The position numbers were made by a program, and so were the translations under genes. From a virus: a stretch of 64,000 nt of DNA. Where the stretch lies: IMG/VR virus record IMGVR_UViG_3300042863_002274. One strand, 5' to 3'. The notes under the pieces are model-generated. The model did not search any database. It worked only from the letters and a program-made list of their open reading frames with translations, and was not told where the DNA came from. Below are positions 9,083 to 19,421 of this stretch, in pieces (position 1 is the stretch's first letter; each line of letters begins with the position of its first letter).

Positions 9083-12000
9083 ATGGTGGATGCCCCTATA
9101 AATAGGGAAAGAATCGTAGTTTCGGCGCGGCTTATCGTGCCTTTGTCGTGCTGCGGTGGATTCAACGAAAAAGCACTTCGCTTTAGGCAGTCAATAAATT
9201 CTTCTGTATCTACTGGAAGACTAGAGCCAGAACTTGCATTAAAAGCAGTCGGTGACGTTTTTAGTTTAAGAAAAAAAACAGCCGAAGATACTGATAATAA
9301 AAAAAGAGAATTCACTGGAGACACTCGTCCCGGTGTTGCCTCAAATGAGTTCGGCTATCGCTGGGACAAATCAGCCAAGTGGGAACCAGGCTCTCGTCTT
9401 GTCATAAGCCCGTCGTATACGTCGCGCATGGGAATGGGAACCATGCCGAACGTGGGTTGGATTCCTAGAGACGAAAATCAACCAAAGTCTTTTCAGGAAA
9501 TGATTTCGAGAATTCAATCAGAACCTCAGATTCAGTTACGAAAATTTAAAGTAAATCCAAAAACTGACGACATAATCCCTGAGTCAGAAAAGATAATTGA
9601 CCCTTTTGCTATTTCTTCCGGCATGACCATGGAAGAAAGACGAAATGCTCAAAGAAAATATCAAATCGATAATCCTGAAGAAAAAAGACTTCCAGGCGCG
9701 AGTCTTGAATCACGAGTTCCGGGAGGCTCTCTTTTAAGTAGAGCAGCAGCTGTTTTTGGTATCCTGAGAGACGAGAACAACAAGTTTCGATGCCCTCCAG
9801 GAACTCCGGCAGCAAATCAGTTCACTGACGCAACTGGTTCCAACTGCTTCGGTTTTAGTGCTTCAAAGTTTTCACGTTTCGCAGCAAGGGAAGCAGCCAG
9901 ACTTACGGCAGAAGGCGAATACGAGGGGTTGAGAACAAACGCTAATGCTTTTTTTGGTTACCTATACGGCGGCAGTCAACAAGCAAGAGGCGTTGCAAGT
10001 CCAGAGTTTATTTCCCGATGCGCATACTGGGAAGACCTTTATGGAGACAAATTAAAGCCGCCTTCATGGCGCGACACCCCTGTCACAGAAAATCTTCGTC
10101 TGTTCAAAAACGGAGCAATACGTGCACAGGACGATATTGCGAGACAAAAAGCCTCAGCAGTACGTATCTATGATGCTTTAGGAATCGACCCCAGTGACCC
10201 AAATGCTCATTTCCAGGCTGTCGAAAAATTACAGAAGATGCATGTTGATAGTGACGGTGCTGCTGGATGGGACTTAAAGATTTTAAACACTTCTTCTGGT
10301 GGAGACGCATCTCGTCTAACTGATTTAGAAGTCAGAGAGTTTACTGAAGCAAGACTTAAATCAGTTTCAGGGTGGAATCGTTTATCAAACGAAGAACAAA
10401 AAAGACTTATTGATTCTGACATTAGAAGGTATCAAGAGACAGAACGAGCAATGTTCGAAACACTCTTGGACCAATTCATGCAAAATCCATCAACAGCGAG
10501 AGTGCTTGGAAGAGTTGAATATAACTTTTTATCTGATGACGAAGCTGGAACAGGAATGTACAGAGATGCCCCCTCTATTGTTCCACGATTAAAACCAGAC
10601 GGAACACCAGTTCTTGACAAAGCCGGCAACCCCGTAATGGGCAAAGTTCCCGGAGAACTACGTAGCGTTATTCATATAAACATGAAAGAAATTCTACAAA
10701 ATCAAGAAACAATGCTTCCAAACATGGGACCAGATGAAAGATTGGCAATTTCTGCGATTGGCGCACGAAGCGAAGCCGAAGGTCGTTTAGCGGTTGCAGA
10801 TTTTCTTGTCAACGTAGACCATACCGCAAGAGGAATGGCTGGACTAATTGATGGTGTCTACTCTTTCTCTAGTCACATCATGCTTCACGAGCACGCACAT
10901 AGTATTCAGCTTCAAGTATTCATGGCGAAAATTCAAGAACAGATAGACAGCAAAGGTTTCATATCTGTTCCCATAGTAGACAGAAACGGAATCGTTAAAG
11001 GGACAAGAAACGTAGACTCAATCTACAGACTGTCCGGCGATGACGTTATGGCGATAATGACCGACGTAGCGGACGACATAAACCTGGATTCCTTAAAAGA
11101 CGCCATGGAGCGCATCAAATCTGTGGCACCTCTTGCTGGAGCGTATCCAAGAGATGCATACAAAGAAGGCTCAGAGGTTTGGGCTCTTGAAGTAGCAGCA
11201 GAACTACACGCCCTTCGCGCGAGAGGCATAATATACGGAGACGACATTGACGCAGCTTTAGCCTTTATGGACGACATAGGCGATAGTAGAGCGTCGATTG
11301 ACAGAGCTCTTGGTGACGAGACCGCAGCGCTTGTTGACATGGACGACGTGTTCACTATTCGTCCAGACTCCGTCGTTCCGGACGGCATGCCGGAAGAATC
11401 CATAACAGAAGCGCTAGGGGACAGGGACGAACGCATTGCTTCTGCTCTTCGTGAGGAAATAAAACAATTCAAGACGGGATTCAAAGACCTTCCTGAAGAT
11501 GAAATGATTTCAGAAGCTGCAATTATTGAATCTCAGAGAGATGCTTCAAATAACACGTTAAAGAAACTTAATGATTTCGAGATTGACCCGTCCCTGCCTG
11601 AAGACGAGAAAGAGTCAATAAGGGGATATCTAGAGAATCTTAAGAAGCAAACGCAAATGGAATTGGACTTCCACGACACTAGATACAACGAAGCATCAAA
11701 AGCGTGGAGAAAAAAGTACGGCATCGGAGCTAGAGGAGAAAAAGACAGATTTAAAGAATCCGTTAAGGCAGTCCGTGAAAGAGAAGGACTGTTTGATGAT
11801 GTTGAAATTGAAGAACTTGCAAAAATAGCAGCTCTCGACGACCTTCGTAAGTCTGTAGAAAAAATGCCAGAGAAGAAGATAATTCGACGCCTGGCTGATG
11901 ACGAAATATACCTAAGCACTCTTGACCCATCTTCCGACGAGGCTAAAAACCTAATTGAAAAGATTGACGTCATAAAAGAGCAGTATGTACAAAACATGCG

Positions 12001-15000
12001 TGACGCAGGAGACAAGTCGACGACTGCCAAATTAAAGAAAAACCTAGACCAGAGTGTTAAGGATTTAATTTCTCCTCCAGCAAAAAAGAACGTGTCCTTA
12101 AAGAGCAAGCAAGAAGCAAAAGACCACGCAACAAAAGAACGTCGCCGGGTTCGCGGAACTGCAGAGCAGAAAAAAGCAGTCAAAGAACTCGGAGACATTG
12201 CATCTTCGGACGTAGGACAACTGCTTGACCCTGCGGCTCAGACCAGGGCCGGAAGAGCAATAAACAAAAGAAACGCCAGAATAAAGAGATTGGGACTTAC
12301 GGTTGATGAAAAATCATCTGAAGAAGGCGACGTTGTCCAGCAAGTTCAAAATTTGCTAATTCCAGTCATGGAAGTAATCGACGGAACGTCTATTGCTGAC
12401 CCGTTCGAGATAGAAACAGTTATTGATTTCGATTCAGGAGTTCTACGAGGAAAAATTGAAGGCAAAGAAATTGAAATGCCTCAATTTGTTTCCGGCAAGG
12501 TTCTGACGACGAAAACAAAAAAGCTGGACATGCCAGAAAAAGGAATTCGCGACAAAGAAACTGGGAAAACCGCTCGCCGCGTAGTTGTACAGGTTCGCGA
12601 GGGAGACAGAGGCCTCTTTCCTTCAGCAGGAGAAGACGACCAACGCTTTGTTGCTCCACCTGGACGCCTTCGCATTACGGGGATAGACCCCGACGGAACA
12701 GTAAGAGCAGAGTTGTCTTATCAAAAAGACTCTGTTGAGGTCATTGACTCCATGGCATACAGTTTGGAGACAAACAAAACTGATGCAATTTGGGCGCAGA
12801 GCCACGGTAAAAAAATCAAAGCAGTAGCAGACAAGTACGTTAACTCGCGCCGTGAATCAGGTAAGGAATCTACGGGTTCAAGAAGTGATTACGATTCCGT
12901 CTCAGAAACCTCAAGCAAAACAGTTGTAGACGAGGTTGTGGACGCTGGTGGTTCTTTCGGAGAAGGTTTTGACGAACTACCCCCTCACTTGTCGTCTGAT
13001 GACTCAAGTTCCCGCTTGTCTTCTGGAAAGAAAGACGTACTGGGCGCTCCCGCTACGCGCAAGCAAAGAACAGAATTAAGAAATAAGTCAATGTCTTCTC
13101 AGGTTAGGGAAGTTAAATCCATTCTTGGAGGAGGACAGGGGGACTCGGCTGACCCACTGTCAAGGGGTGACATCCACCCAGACGTTGCTCGTTTAATCGC
13201 CGATACTCCAGAAGAAGACCTGTTAGCAAGAGCCGAGAATACTGCATACAGAATGCATGAAGGTTTCGATAGAAGAGTACGTGTTCGCGCAACAGATGAC
13301 GACATTGAGAGACTTTCTTCCACGGGCTCCATAAGGTCCCCGTTTGCTTCTCCAGACGATGAAGCAAAAAGAACATCACGCAGAGCGCAAAGATACTCAG
13401 GAATGGGTCCAGACGAGCGCTCTTCAAGACTGTCTTCCGGCCGAACTATTGATTCTTCAGAGAATTTAGCTGAAAGAAAAAGGCAAGAAAAAGAAGTTGC
13501 AGTTAAGGCTTTTGAAATATTTGACAAAGTCCTTAACGCCGACGGAAAAAACTTAGACGACATGTCCGAAGCAGAACTCTCTGCGTCTTTCGGTGGGAAA
13601 GTAAAGAAATCTAAGAGAAAATCAGTAAGTGCTACAAACGACTCGCTTTATGAAGTGGACGACGTGCCGACAGCTATTGCGTTAATGATGTTGGGGCATC
13701 ACGTTGCTGTTAAAGACCAGGACCTAAGATTGACCGAGCAATCACAAAAAGCATTTGAAGAAGAAGTTAAAAATGCTGCAAAGAAACATATTGACGCCCA
13801 AAACCCTCACCCTAAATGGGTTCAGTATCAAGAACAGTATAAAAAAGATTCTCCAGATTTAGACTATGGAGACCCTGCAGTTGTCAAGGAAATGGAAAAG
13901 AACTACGTAGACAGCTATCAAGCAGACCTTTGCGCTTTGTATAGTCCGGCACAAAACTTGCTGTGCTCGGGGCATATCGGTATTGATAGAGAAAAAATGC
14001 CTCAGACAAACGGAAGGTCTGCAGGCTACGATACTGTCGCGGTAAGAGCGCTTAAAGCCGGAGAAGCCGCCGGAAAGTTTGAACCTGCAAAGACTATAAA
14101 AAGAAACGCTGCAGTAGACGCAGAGTTCGCAGAAGAACTTAATGCAGCAGTAATTAAAGCCAACGCTGGTCTAGTCAAAAAGGGTAAACCAGAATTAACA
14201 GACGAAGAGATTTCAAAAAAACTTTATGAGATAGTTTCAGAAAAACATTCATTAAGGAATCAATTTGGGGACAAAACACAAGAACAACACAAGGGTGATT
14301 CTTACGACAAAATGTCTGATGCTTCGAAAAATTGGCTATATGAAAACACTGACTGGAACGACACTGAAGTAAACTTGGAGACACCATTCATAGAATGGCT
14401 AAATGGAGTTATTGAGCCAGAAAACGGCGAACCTTCGGTAATCCTTAAAGAGGTAAATCCTGGTGATTATGCTCCATCACAGCAGCAGCTAGTTGCATCA
14501 AAAGTAGACGGTACCGCTAGGCAAATACAAGAAAAAGCCATAGAAGTTGCCGAGGGCATAAGAGCTGATAATCCTGGAATATCGGACGAAGACTTTAGAA
14601 CAAAATACCTAGAAGAAATGAAAAAGCAATGGTTTATGCAGCCCATCCTTACTGCAAGTGATGGGTTTATTGTTGACGGTCACCATAGGTGGGCAGGAAT
14701 AAACGTAGGAAACAGTTCACTTTCGGAAGAATTACGACTCCCTTTGAATGTTAATGAAATACAAACGGACATAATTGAAGCTTTGACCCTAGGAAAAATC
14801 TTCCAAGACGCTTGGGGTATTAAAGAAGCGCGCCTTGGAGCTGAAAACAAGTGGAAAGAGGGAGAAATAACCGACATTAGTAAAAACGAAATATCTCAAC
14901 TCATGGACGGTTTGACCAAAAACGTGGGCACCCTTGTGGACGAAAAGTACGCAGAAGGAAATTTTGTTCAGCTTGGCTCGATTGGTCTTTCAAACAATCC

Positions 15001-16252
15001 AGACTACGCAGCACGAGCCAAGGAAAGACAGACTAGTGCTCTGACAAGAAGACCCGGCCCAGCAGCAAGAGCTCGTGAACTAGAGCTTGATGCAGCCATT
15101 CGTGATGCAGGGAGACAACGTTCGCCAGATGCTCCCGCGGAAAGAGAATCTGTTGGCAGATTGGCAAAAATGCGTAAAGGAAAGAGACTTAGTAGTGGAA
15201 AGACTATCGATGCTCCCGCTTCAGGCAAGACGGTAGGAATGTCTCCTAAAAACTACGCAAGCGAATATTATTCAAGAATAGGTCTACCAAGCTCTCTTGA
15301 CCCAGACATGATGCCAGTAAGTGGATATCTCGTTCATAAATCTCACATAGATGCAAAACGTGCTCAGATTACAAAAGGCGGAATGCCTGGAAATCTCAGA
15401 CCAGATGGTGTGTTTGAAGTAGGGGACGAAGATTTAGTTGGAGACGGCCTAACGGCCTTGGGTGATATGGAAATAGTTTTGCGCCCTGGAGTGTCAAACC
15501 GGGTCGCTTACGGACGAGGCAATGCTCTCACTTCGGCTCACAGGCCCGTAATGCTTAACTCACGTAACAGGGACGACGTAGCTGACGCAATCCTTAATGC
15601 CGACGGAGTAAACGCTGAAGAAACAAAACGAGAAGCCCTTTTACACATGCTCTCTTCTTCTTTGAATAACGATTTTTCAAACGCAAACGCATCAAGAAGC
15701 TCTAGTGGAAAAATGCCATCTTCGTTCGACAAGAAACTACCCGAAGGCTCCACCAGGGAACCTTTTGAGGCTCAGATTTTGGGCGGATTTGACGTTGCTG
15801 ATATCGAACAAATAAACGTTCCGTTGAGCAAGATTGAGGCCGCCTCGGCGAAAGAAGACATTTCCGACGTTGTTGATGCCGTATCGATTGCTGACAAGTT
15901 AAGAAAAGCCGGATTTTCTCAAGAAGAAATTGAATACTTTTACTCTATGGGCGGGGGACAATCGTTAGATACAGCAAGCATGTCTATGCTGCGTAAATAC
16001 AGAGCGTCACAAAAGATGAAAGACGACTTTGCCAAGCGTGGTCTGAATAATGTCAAGTTTGCTCACCCGAATGGTTTCAATATTGAAGACGCTCGTTCTC
16101 ACTCTAAGAGCGCCAAAGCAGGCCAGTCTGTTGAGTCAACCCTCAAGGACTCTATAGCTGAGGAAATTATTGCAGCAGCGAAAGACTTGCTCAAAGAAAT
16201 GAAAAAAACAAACAAGCCAAAAGTTACATCTATATTCGGAGGAAAACTATGA
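9083..16252 (+). CDS. Giant polyvalent head-module protein: HExxH zincin, degenerate ART-like segment, ParB/Srx-like module and DUF3626-like domain, with RLSSG linkers
   Basis: HEHAH at 10886-10900 followed by ALEVAAE. PILTASDGFIVDGHHRW at about 14640-14690. PVSGYL...GDMEIVLRPGVSNRVAYGRGNAL...FEAQILGG in the C-terminal part. Confidence 0.7.
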   Translation: MVDAPINRERIVVSARLIVPLSCCGGFNEKALRFRQSINSSVSTGRLEPELALKAVGDVFSLRKKTAEDTDNKKREFTGDTRPGVASNEFGYRWDKSAKWEPGSRLVISPSYTSRMGMGTMPNVGWIPRDENQPKSFQEMISRIQSEPQIQLRKFKVNPKTDDIIPESEKIIDPFAISSGMTMEERRNAQRKYQIDNPEEKRLPGASLESRVPGGSLLSRAAAVFGILRDENNKFRCPPGTPAANQFTDATGSNCFGFSASKFSRFAAREAARLTAEGEYEGLRTNANAFFGYLYGGSQQARGVASPEFISRCAYWEDLYGDKLKPPSWRDTPVTENLRLFKNGAIRAQDDIARQKASAVRIYDALGIDPSDPNAHFQAVEKLQKMHVDSDGAAGWDLKILNTSSGGDASRLTDLEVREFTEARLKSVSGWNRLSNEEQKRLIDSDIRRYQETERAMFETLLDQFMQNPSTARVLGRVEYNFLSDDEAGTGMYRDAPSIVPRLKPDGTPVLDKAGNPVMGKVPGELRSVIHINMKEILQNQETMLPNMGPDERLAISAIGARSEAEGRLAVADFLVNVDHTARGMAGLIDGVYSFSSHIMLHEHAHSIQLQVFMAKIQEQIDSKGFISVPIVDRNGIVKGTRNVDSIYRLSGDDVMAIMTDVADDINLDSLKDAMERIKSVAPLAGAYPRDAYKEGSEVWALEVAAELHALRARGIIYGDDIDAALAFMDDIGDSRASIDRALGDETAALVDMDDVFTIRPDSVVPDGMPEESITEALGDRDERIASALREEIKQFKTGFKDLPEDEMISEAAIIESQRDASNNTLKKLNDFEIDPSLPEDEKESIRGYLENLKKQTQMELDFHDTRYNEASKAWRKKYGIGARGEKDRFKESVKAVREREGLFDDVEIEELAKIAALDDLRKSVEKMPEKKIIRRLADDEIYLSTLDPSSDEAKNLIEKIDVIKEQYVQNMRDAGDKSTTAKLKKNLDQSVKDLISPPAKKNVSLKSKQEAKDHATKERRRVRGTAEQKKAVKELGDIASSDVGQLLDPAAQTRAGRAINKRNARIKRLGLTVDEKSSEEGDVVQQVQNLLIPVMEVIDGTSIADPFEIETVIDFDSGVLRGKIEGKEIEMPQFVSGKVLTTKTKKLDMPEKGIRDKETGKTARRVVVQVREGDRGLFPSAGEDDQRFVAPPGRLRITGIDPDGTVRAELSYQKDSVEVIDSMAYSLETNKTDAIWAQSHGKKIKAVADKYVNSRRESGKESTGSRSDYDSVSETSSKTVVDEVVDAGGSFGEGFDELPPHLSSDDSSSRLSSGKKDVLGAPATRKQRTELRNKSMSSQVREVKSILGGGQGDSADPLSRGDIHPDVARLIADTPEEDLLARAENTAYRMHEGFDRRVRVRATDDDIERLSSTGSIRSPFASPDDEAKRTSRRAQRYSGMGPDERSSRLSSGRTIDSSENLAERKRQEKEVAVKAFEIFDKVLNADGKNLDDMSEAELSASFGGKVKKSKRKSVSATNDSLYEVDDVPTAIALMMLGHHVAVKDQDLRLTEQSQKAFEEEVKNAAKKHIDAQNPHPKWVQYQEQYKKDSPDLDYGDPAVVKEMEKNYVDSYQADLCALYSPAQNLLCSGHIGIDREKMPQTNGRSAGYDTVAVRALKAGEAAGKFEPAKTIKRNAAVDAEFAEELNAAVIKANAGLVKKGKPELTDEEISKKLYEIVSEKHSLRNQFGDKTQEQHKGDSYDKMSDASKNWLYENTDWNDTEVNLETPFIEWLNGVIEPENGEPSVILKEVNPGDYAPSQQQLVASKVDGTARQIQEKAIEVAEGIRADNPGISDEDFRTKYLEEMKKQWFMQPILTASDGFIVDGHHRWAGINVGNSSLSEELRLPLNVNEIQTDIIEALTLGKIFQDAWGIKEARLGAENKWKEGEITDISKNEISQLMDGLTKNVGTLVDEKYAEGNFVQLGSIGLSNNPDYAARAKERQTSALTRRPGPAARARELELDAAIRDAGRQRSPDAPAERESVGRLAKMRKGKRLSSGKTIDAPASGKTVGMSPKNYASEYYSRIGLPSSLDPDMMPVSGYLVHKSHIDAKRAQITKGGMPGNLRPDGVFEVGDEDLVGDGLTALGDMEIVLRPGVSNRVAYGRGNALTSAHRPVMLNSRNRDDVADAILNADGVNAEETKREALLHMLSSSLNNDFSNANASRSSSGKMPSSFDKKLPEGSTREPFEAQILGGFDVADIEQINVPLSKIEAASAKEDISDVVDAVSIADKLRKAGFSQEEIEYFYSMGGGQSLDTASMSMLRKYRASQKMKDDFAKRGLNNVKFAHPNGFNIEDARSHSKSAKAGQSVESTLKDSIAEEIIAAAKDLLKEMKKTNKPKVTSIFGGKL

Positions 16253-16767
16253 GAGCCGCACTTGTAGCACTTCTTGGGGATTCACGTGTTTATTATGACG
16301 TGGACGCAAAAAGAGGCCAGAAGGACGCGGCTGTCGAGAAAGCTGACGGCTCGGTTGTAAAAATGGATTTAATGCACTTGTCAAGTACGGCTAGAAATCT
16401 TACAAAACTACGAAACACTCCTTTTCAAAGGTTCGTATGGGACTCCCCTAAAGACCCCTTGTCGGGAGCATGGTACGAAACCTTTATTGAGAAAACACGT
16501 CCAATAAACGATTCACTCATGGACTCAATGCCAATGCATTCAGCGCTTGGTAAAAACAAAAAAAAGATAGACAAAACTAAAAAGTCCGTCAAGTCTTTCC
16601 AACTGGACGAAATCACTCGCCGCATGCTTTCCAACTCGTGCTGCAGCGAGGTGGTACAGTTAAACATAAACGATTACGCCTTTAAGTCGCTAGAAGAACG
16701 CGACTTTGCGTGGCTTTCAGTTAAGACTATGAGAAGTATAGAAAAGGCCATAAATGATGAACAGTGA
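16249..16767 (+). CDS. Hypothetical protein (head module)
   Basis: 172 aa ORF coupled to the upstream gene by an ATGA overlap. Confidence 0.7.
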   Translation: MRAALVALLGDSRVYYDVDAKRGQKDAAVEKADGSVVKMDLMHLSSTARNLTKLRNTPFQRFVWDSPKDPLSGAWYETFIEKTRPINDSLMDSMPMHSALGKNKKKIDKTKKSVKSFQLDEITRRMLSNSCCSEVVQLNINDYAFKSLEERDFAWLSVKTMRSIEKAINDEQ

Positions 16768-17410
16768 CGGAATCAAGGCAGACCCTCTTGGCGGTTTGTT
16801 GCCCCAAGAGCTTGTCACTGGGGACATCTTGCGTGGTAGAGGACCAAGGCGTGGAAACCTTGAGCGCCTCCTCAGATACTGGCGTCCCATCATGAAGAAG
16901 CCAGGCGGCTTTCGTAGGTGTCGGGTCATTCTGGTTAACCATCCAGAACTGTACCCACTAAACAATATCTGTGCTTGGTTGCATCACGAAACTACTGGTC
17001 TTTGGCCAAACGAAGGTTGCCATCATCCAGGTATGAAGAACTGCAGGAAGAAGCTCCGGAAACTGACCAACTGGACAGACTCTCAGTTCAATACTTCCCT
17101 TTCGGGGAAAAAGCCTAAAAATATGATTAGGACTTCTGGAGAAAAATCTGATTCACCATTTGGTTCTGATTTGTTCTTTTACGAACAACCAGATACTGAT
17201 TTTAAATCAAACGAAAATTCGGTCGTAACAGAGTCGGATATTTTCCACGCTATGAAGGTTCTGAATGAGTTTTGCGAGATGGAAAAAGATTTTGTGACCT
17301 TCTTAAGAAATGACAAAAATTGGCAAATAGAGGGTGAAGACGAATCCGGAAAGAAATCCTTTTCTCAGGTTCTGAAAACGTCTTCACTAGAGGATGAGTG
17401 CTGTGGATAA
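16754..17410 (+). CDS. Conserved phage head-region protein
   Basis: GNLERLLRYW...PGGFRRC...CAWLHHETTGLWP resembles a motif recurrent in actinophage head genes. Overlaps both neighbours. Confidence 0.65.
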   Translation: MMNSDGIKADPLGGLLPQELVTGDILRGRGPRRGNLERLLRYWRPIMKKPGGFRRCRVILVNHPELYPLNNICAWLHHETTGLWPNEGCHHPGMKNCRKKLRKLTNWTDSQFNTSLSGKKPKNMIRTSGEKSDSPFGSDLFFYEQPDTDFKSNENSVVTESDIFHAMKVLNEFCEMEKDFVTFLRNDKNWQIEGEDESGKKSFSQVLKTSSLEDECCG

Positions 17411-19421
17411 CGCAAACGACTGCTGTAGCGGGAATGAGATACTAGTAACAAGGGTTTTACTGTTTAACCCTGCTCAAAAACAAAATATTGACTATATCCG
17501 CGGGACAAAAACGTTAACTCAAGAAATTACCGATTACAAAGCTTTGTCTAGAAAATTTGGCAACACCAGAAGAATTCAGCGTAATCAGCAATCTAGTGGA
17601 ATGCAGTTTAAGGCGAACGCTTTGCGACAGTTGGGAAGTTCGGCGTTAAGCGTGGCGGTCCCAGGAGATTCTGGCCCACTGCGCTCACCAGTACGTTCTG
17701 CTATTTACAGAACAATAACCCCAGGACGCCCAGGGGGTCGTGGCGGTTCACTTCCTGGGCAAAACAGGGCTCATCGATGCCCAGAGGGATATCAATACGG
17801 TGGAAGATTTACAGACAATAGGCTTTCTACTTGTGGTGCAAAGCTCTTTGCAATCCCCTCTGCTCTCGGTGCAGCAATTGGGGCAGCCAGAGGAGCCCTT
17901 ACTTCCGGAATATCTTCAGAAACACGTGGAAGAGACCTAACAGGGTCACCTTACGACAGCTCAATTATCCTGTCTCGCGCACCTCAAATACCTAAGGTTG
18001 GAGCCTTCAACAGTCGTGCGTCTCTAAGTAGGCTAAAAGAAGAAATAAGCTCAATAGGAAAGTTCAATAAAGAATCGGGCTTAAAAGTAAGAAGAATGAT
18101 TCGTCGTGACGGCTTTGTACTTGAACCAGTTGTTCCTAACAAAGTACTAAGAGCAATCCCTGACAACAGAGACATGGAGGGAGCATATTTCGTGATGTCA
18201 GCCCTTTCTCCAAAAGACATCGGAGGAGAAGAGTTGGGCCTCCTTTCAAACACTGGAGTGACTTCTCTAATTTATGTACTCCCGGGCGGCTCGTCTGTCA
18301 CGCTAGAAAAAGCGAGAGCGCTAGAAGTTGGTGAAAGAAGAAAACTTGGAAGAACACTAAATCAAGTTATTGCAATCGACAACTCAAGAGACCCTTCAAA
18401 ACGCCTCAAAGCACTAGCTGACGCCATTGGTGACGGCATGCTCTATTCCGAAGATTTCGTAGGAGTTAAAAATCCAAACGAAATAGTCAAGGGCAGAATC
18501 AGCTGGGCATCACAGGTGTGGGGAAAGCGCATGATGACGCAACCCCAGTCTTCGTCTACGCGTGATACAGAATCTTTTGGGCCACGTAGAAAGCTGATAT
18601 CGAATGTAGATTCAGCAGTTCAGCATCTCATCAATGGTGGTTCAATGTCAGATATTGACCCAAAAATTATGTCCAAAGTTTTATCCAAGTCAGGCGTGAT
18701 TCAGAAACAGAAGCTTGCCAACAATATAGTTGCTATCGCCACCCCTACAGAGCGTTTGTTTCTTTACAATAAGCCAAACAGGTTTCAGCATATTGGAGAA
18801 AGATTTGCTGCTGACGTTCAACAGCAGCTAGGACTGGAATCACCAGACGTAATCTTTGCCGACAAACCAGGAGAAGTAAGAAAATTCTTACGACAAGAGG
18901 TTACAAGCGCAATCCCTGGTGGCGTCTTCAACCCAGAGATAAAGTTCAACGAGCTTGAGCCTTCTGACGTTGCTGCATTAATGGTGTCGGACTACCTGAC
19001 CGACCAAAGAGAACGCCCACTTACGTCTATCTACACCATAGATACTCCTGATGCAAGAAGACTTATAGCAGGGCAAAACGCAACATCTGGACTCGTTGAT
19101 TTGTCCAAGATAGAAATTACAAAACGTATGAATTTGCGTTTAAATGATTTCTACGCAACACAGCTCACTCCTTCGTATTCTGACTATTATCAGTCGCTCA
19201 AGGCGCAGCAAAGAGTTGCATTTATGAAGTTTTTGTCCGTAATGATTCAAAGAGCAAAAAAATTTAACTCATTAGAGTTTCAAAAATCTCTATCAAAATA
19301 CGGCCTTTCTGAGGGTGAAAAAATACATATAAATATTCTTGGCAAACTGTTTGATGCAAGACTAGAAAACTTAAATGCTGGAAAAGATACTCTTAAAAAA
19401 TTAATTAGTGGAGCTATATAA
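17394..19421 (+). CDS. Head-module protein with RCPxG..FTD..C motif and a degenerate HipA/PI3K-like kinase fold at the C-terminus
   Basis: GERFAADVQQQLGLESPDV and SDYLTDQRERPLTSI resemble the HipA-type E..a..lGl..P and D.l..N.DR...N motifs, with catalytic residues altered. Confidence 0.55.
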   Translation: MSAVDNANDCCSGNEILVTRVLLFNPAQKQNIDYIRGTKTLTQEITDYKALSRKFGNTRRIQRNQQSSGMQFKANALRQLGSSALSVAVPGDSGPLRSPVRSAIYRTITPGRPGGRGGSLPGQNRAHRCPEGYQYGGRFTDNRLSTCGAKLFAIPSALGAAIGAARGALTSGISSETRGRDLTGSPYDSSIILSRAPQIPKVGAFNSRASLSRLKEEISSIGKFNKESGLKVRRMIRRDGFVLEPVVPNKVLRAIPDNRDMEGAYFVMSALSPKDIGGEELGLLSNTGVTSLIYVLPGGSSVTLEKARALEVGERRKLGRTLNQVIAIDNSRDPSKRLKALADAIGDGMLYSEDFVGVKNPNEIVKGRISWASQVWGKRMMTQPQSSSTRDTESFGPRRKLISNVDSAVQHLINGGSMSDIDPKIMSKVLSKSGVIQKQKLANNIVAIATPTERLFLYNKPNRFQHIGERFAADVQQQLGLESPDVIFADKPGEVRKFLRQEVTSAIPGGVFNPEIKFNELEPSDVAALMVSDYLTDQRERPLTSIYTIDTPDARRLIAGQNATSGLVDLSKIEITKRMNLRLNDFYATQLTPSYSDYYQSLKAQQRVAFMKFLSVMIQRAKKFNSLEFQKSLSKYGLSEGEKIHINILGKLFDARLENLNAGKDTLKKLISGAI

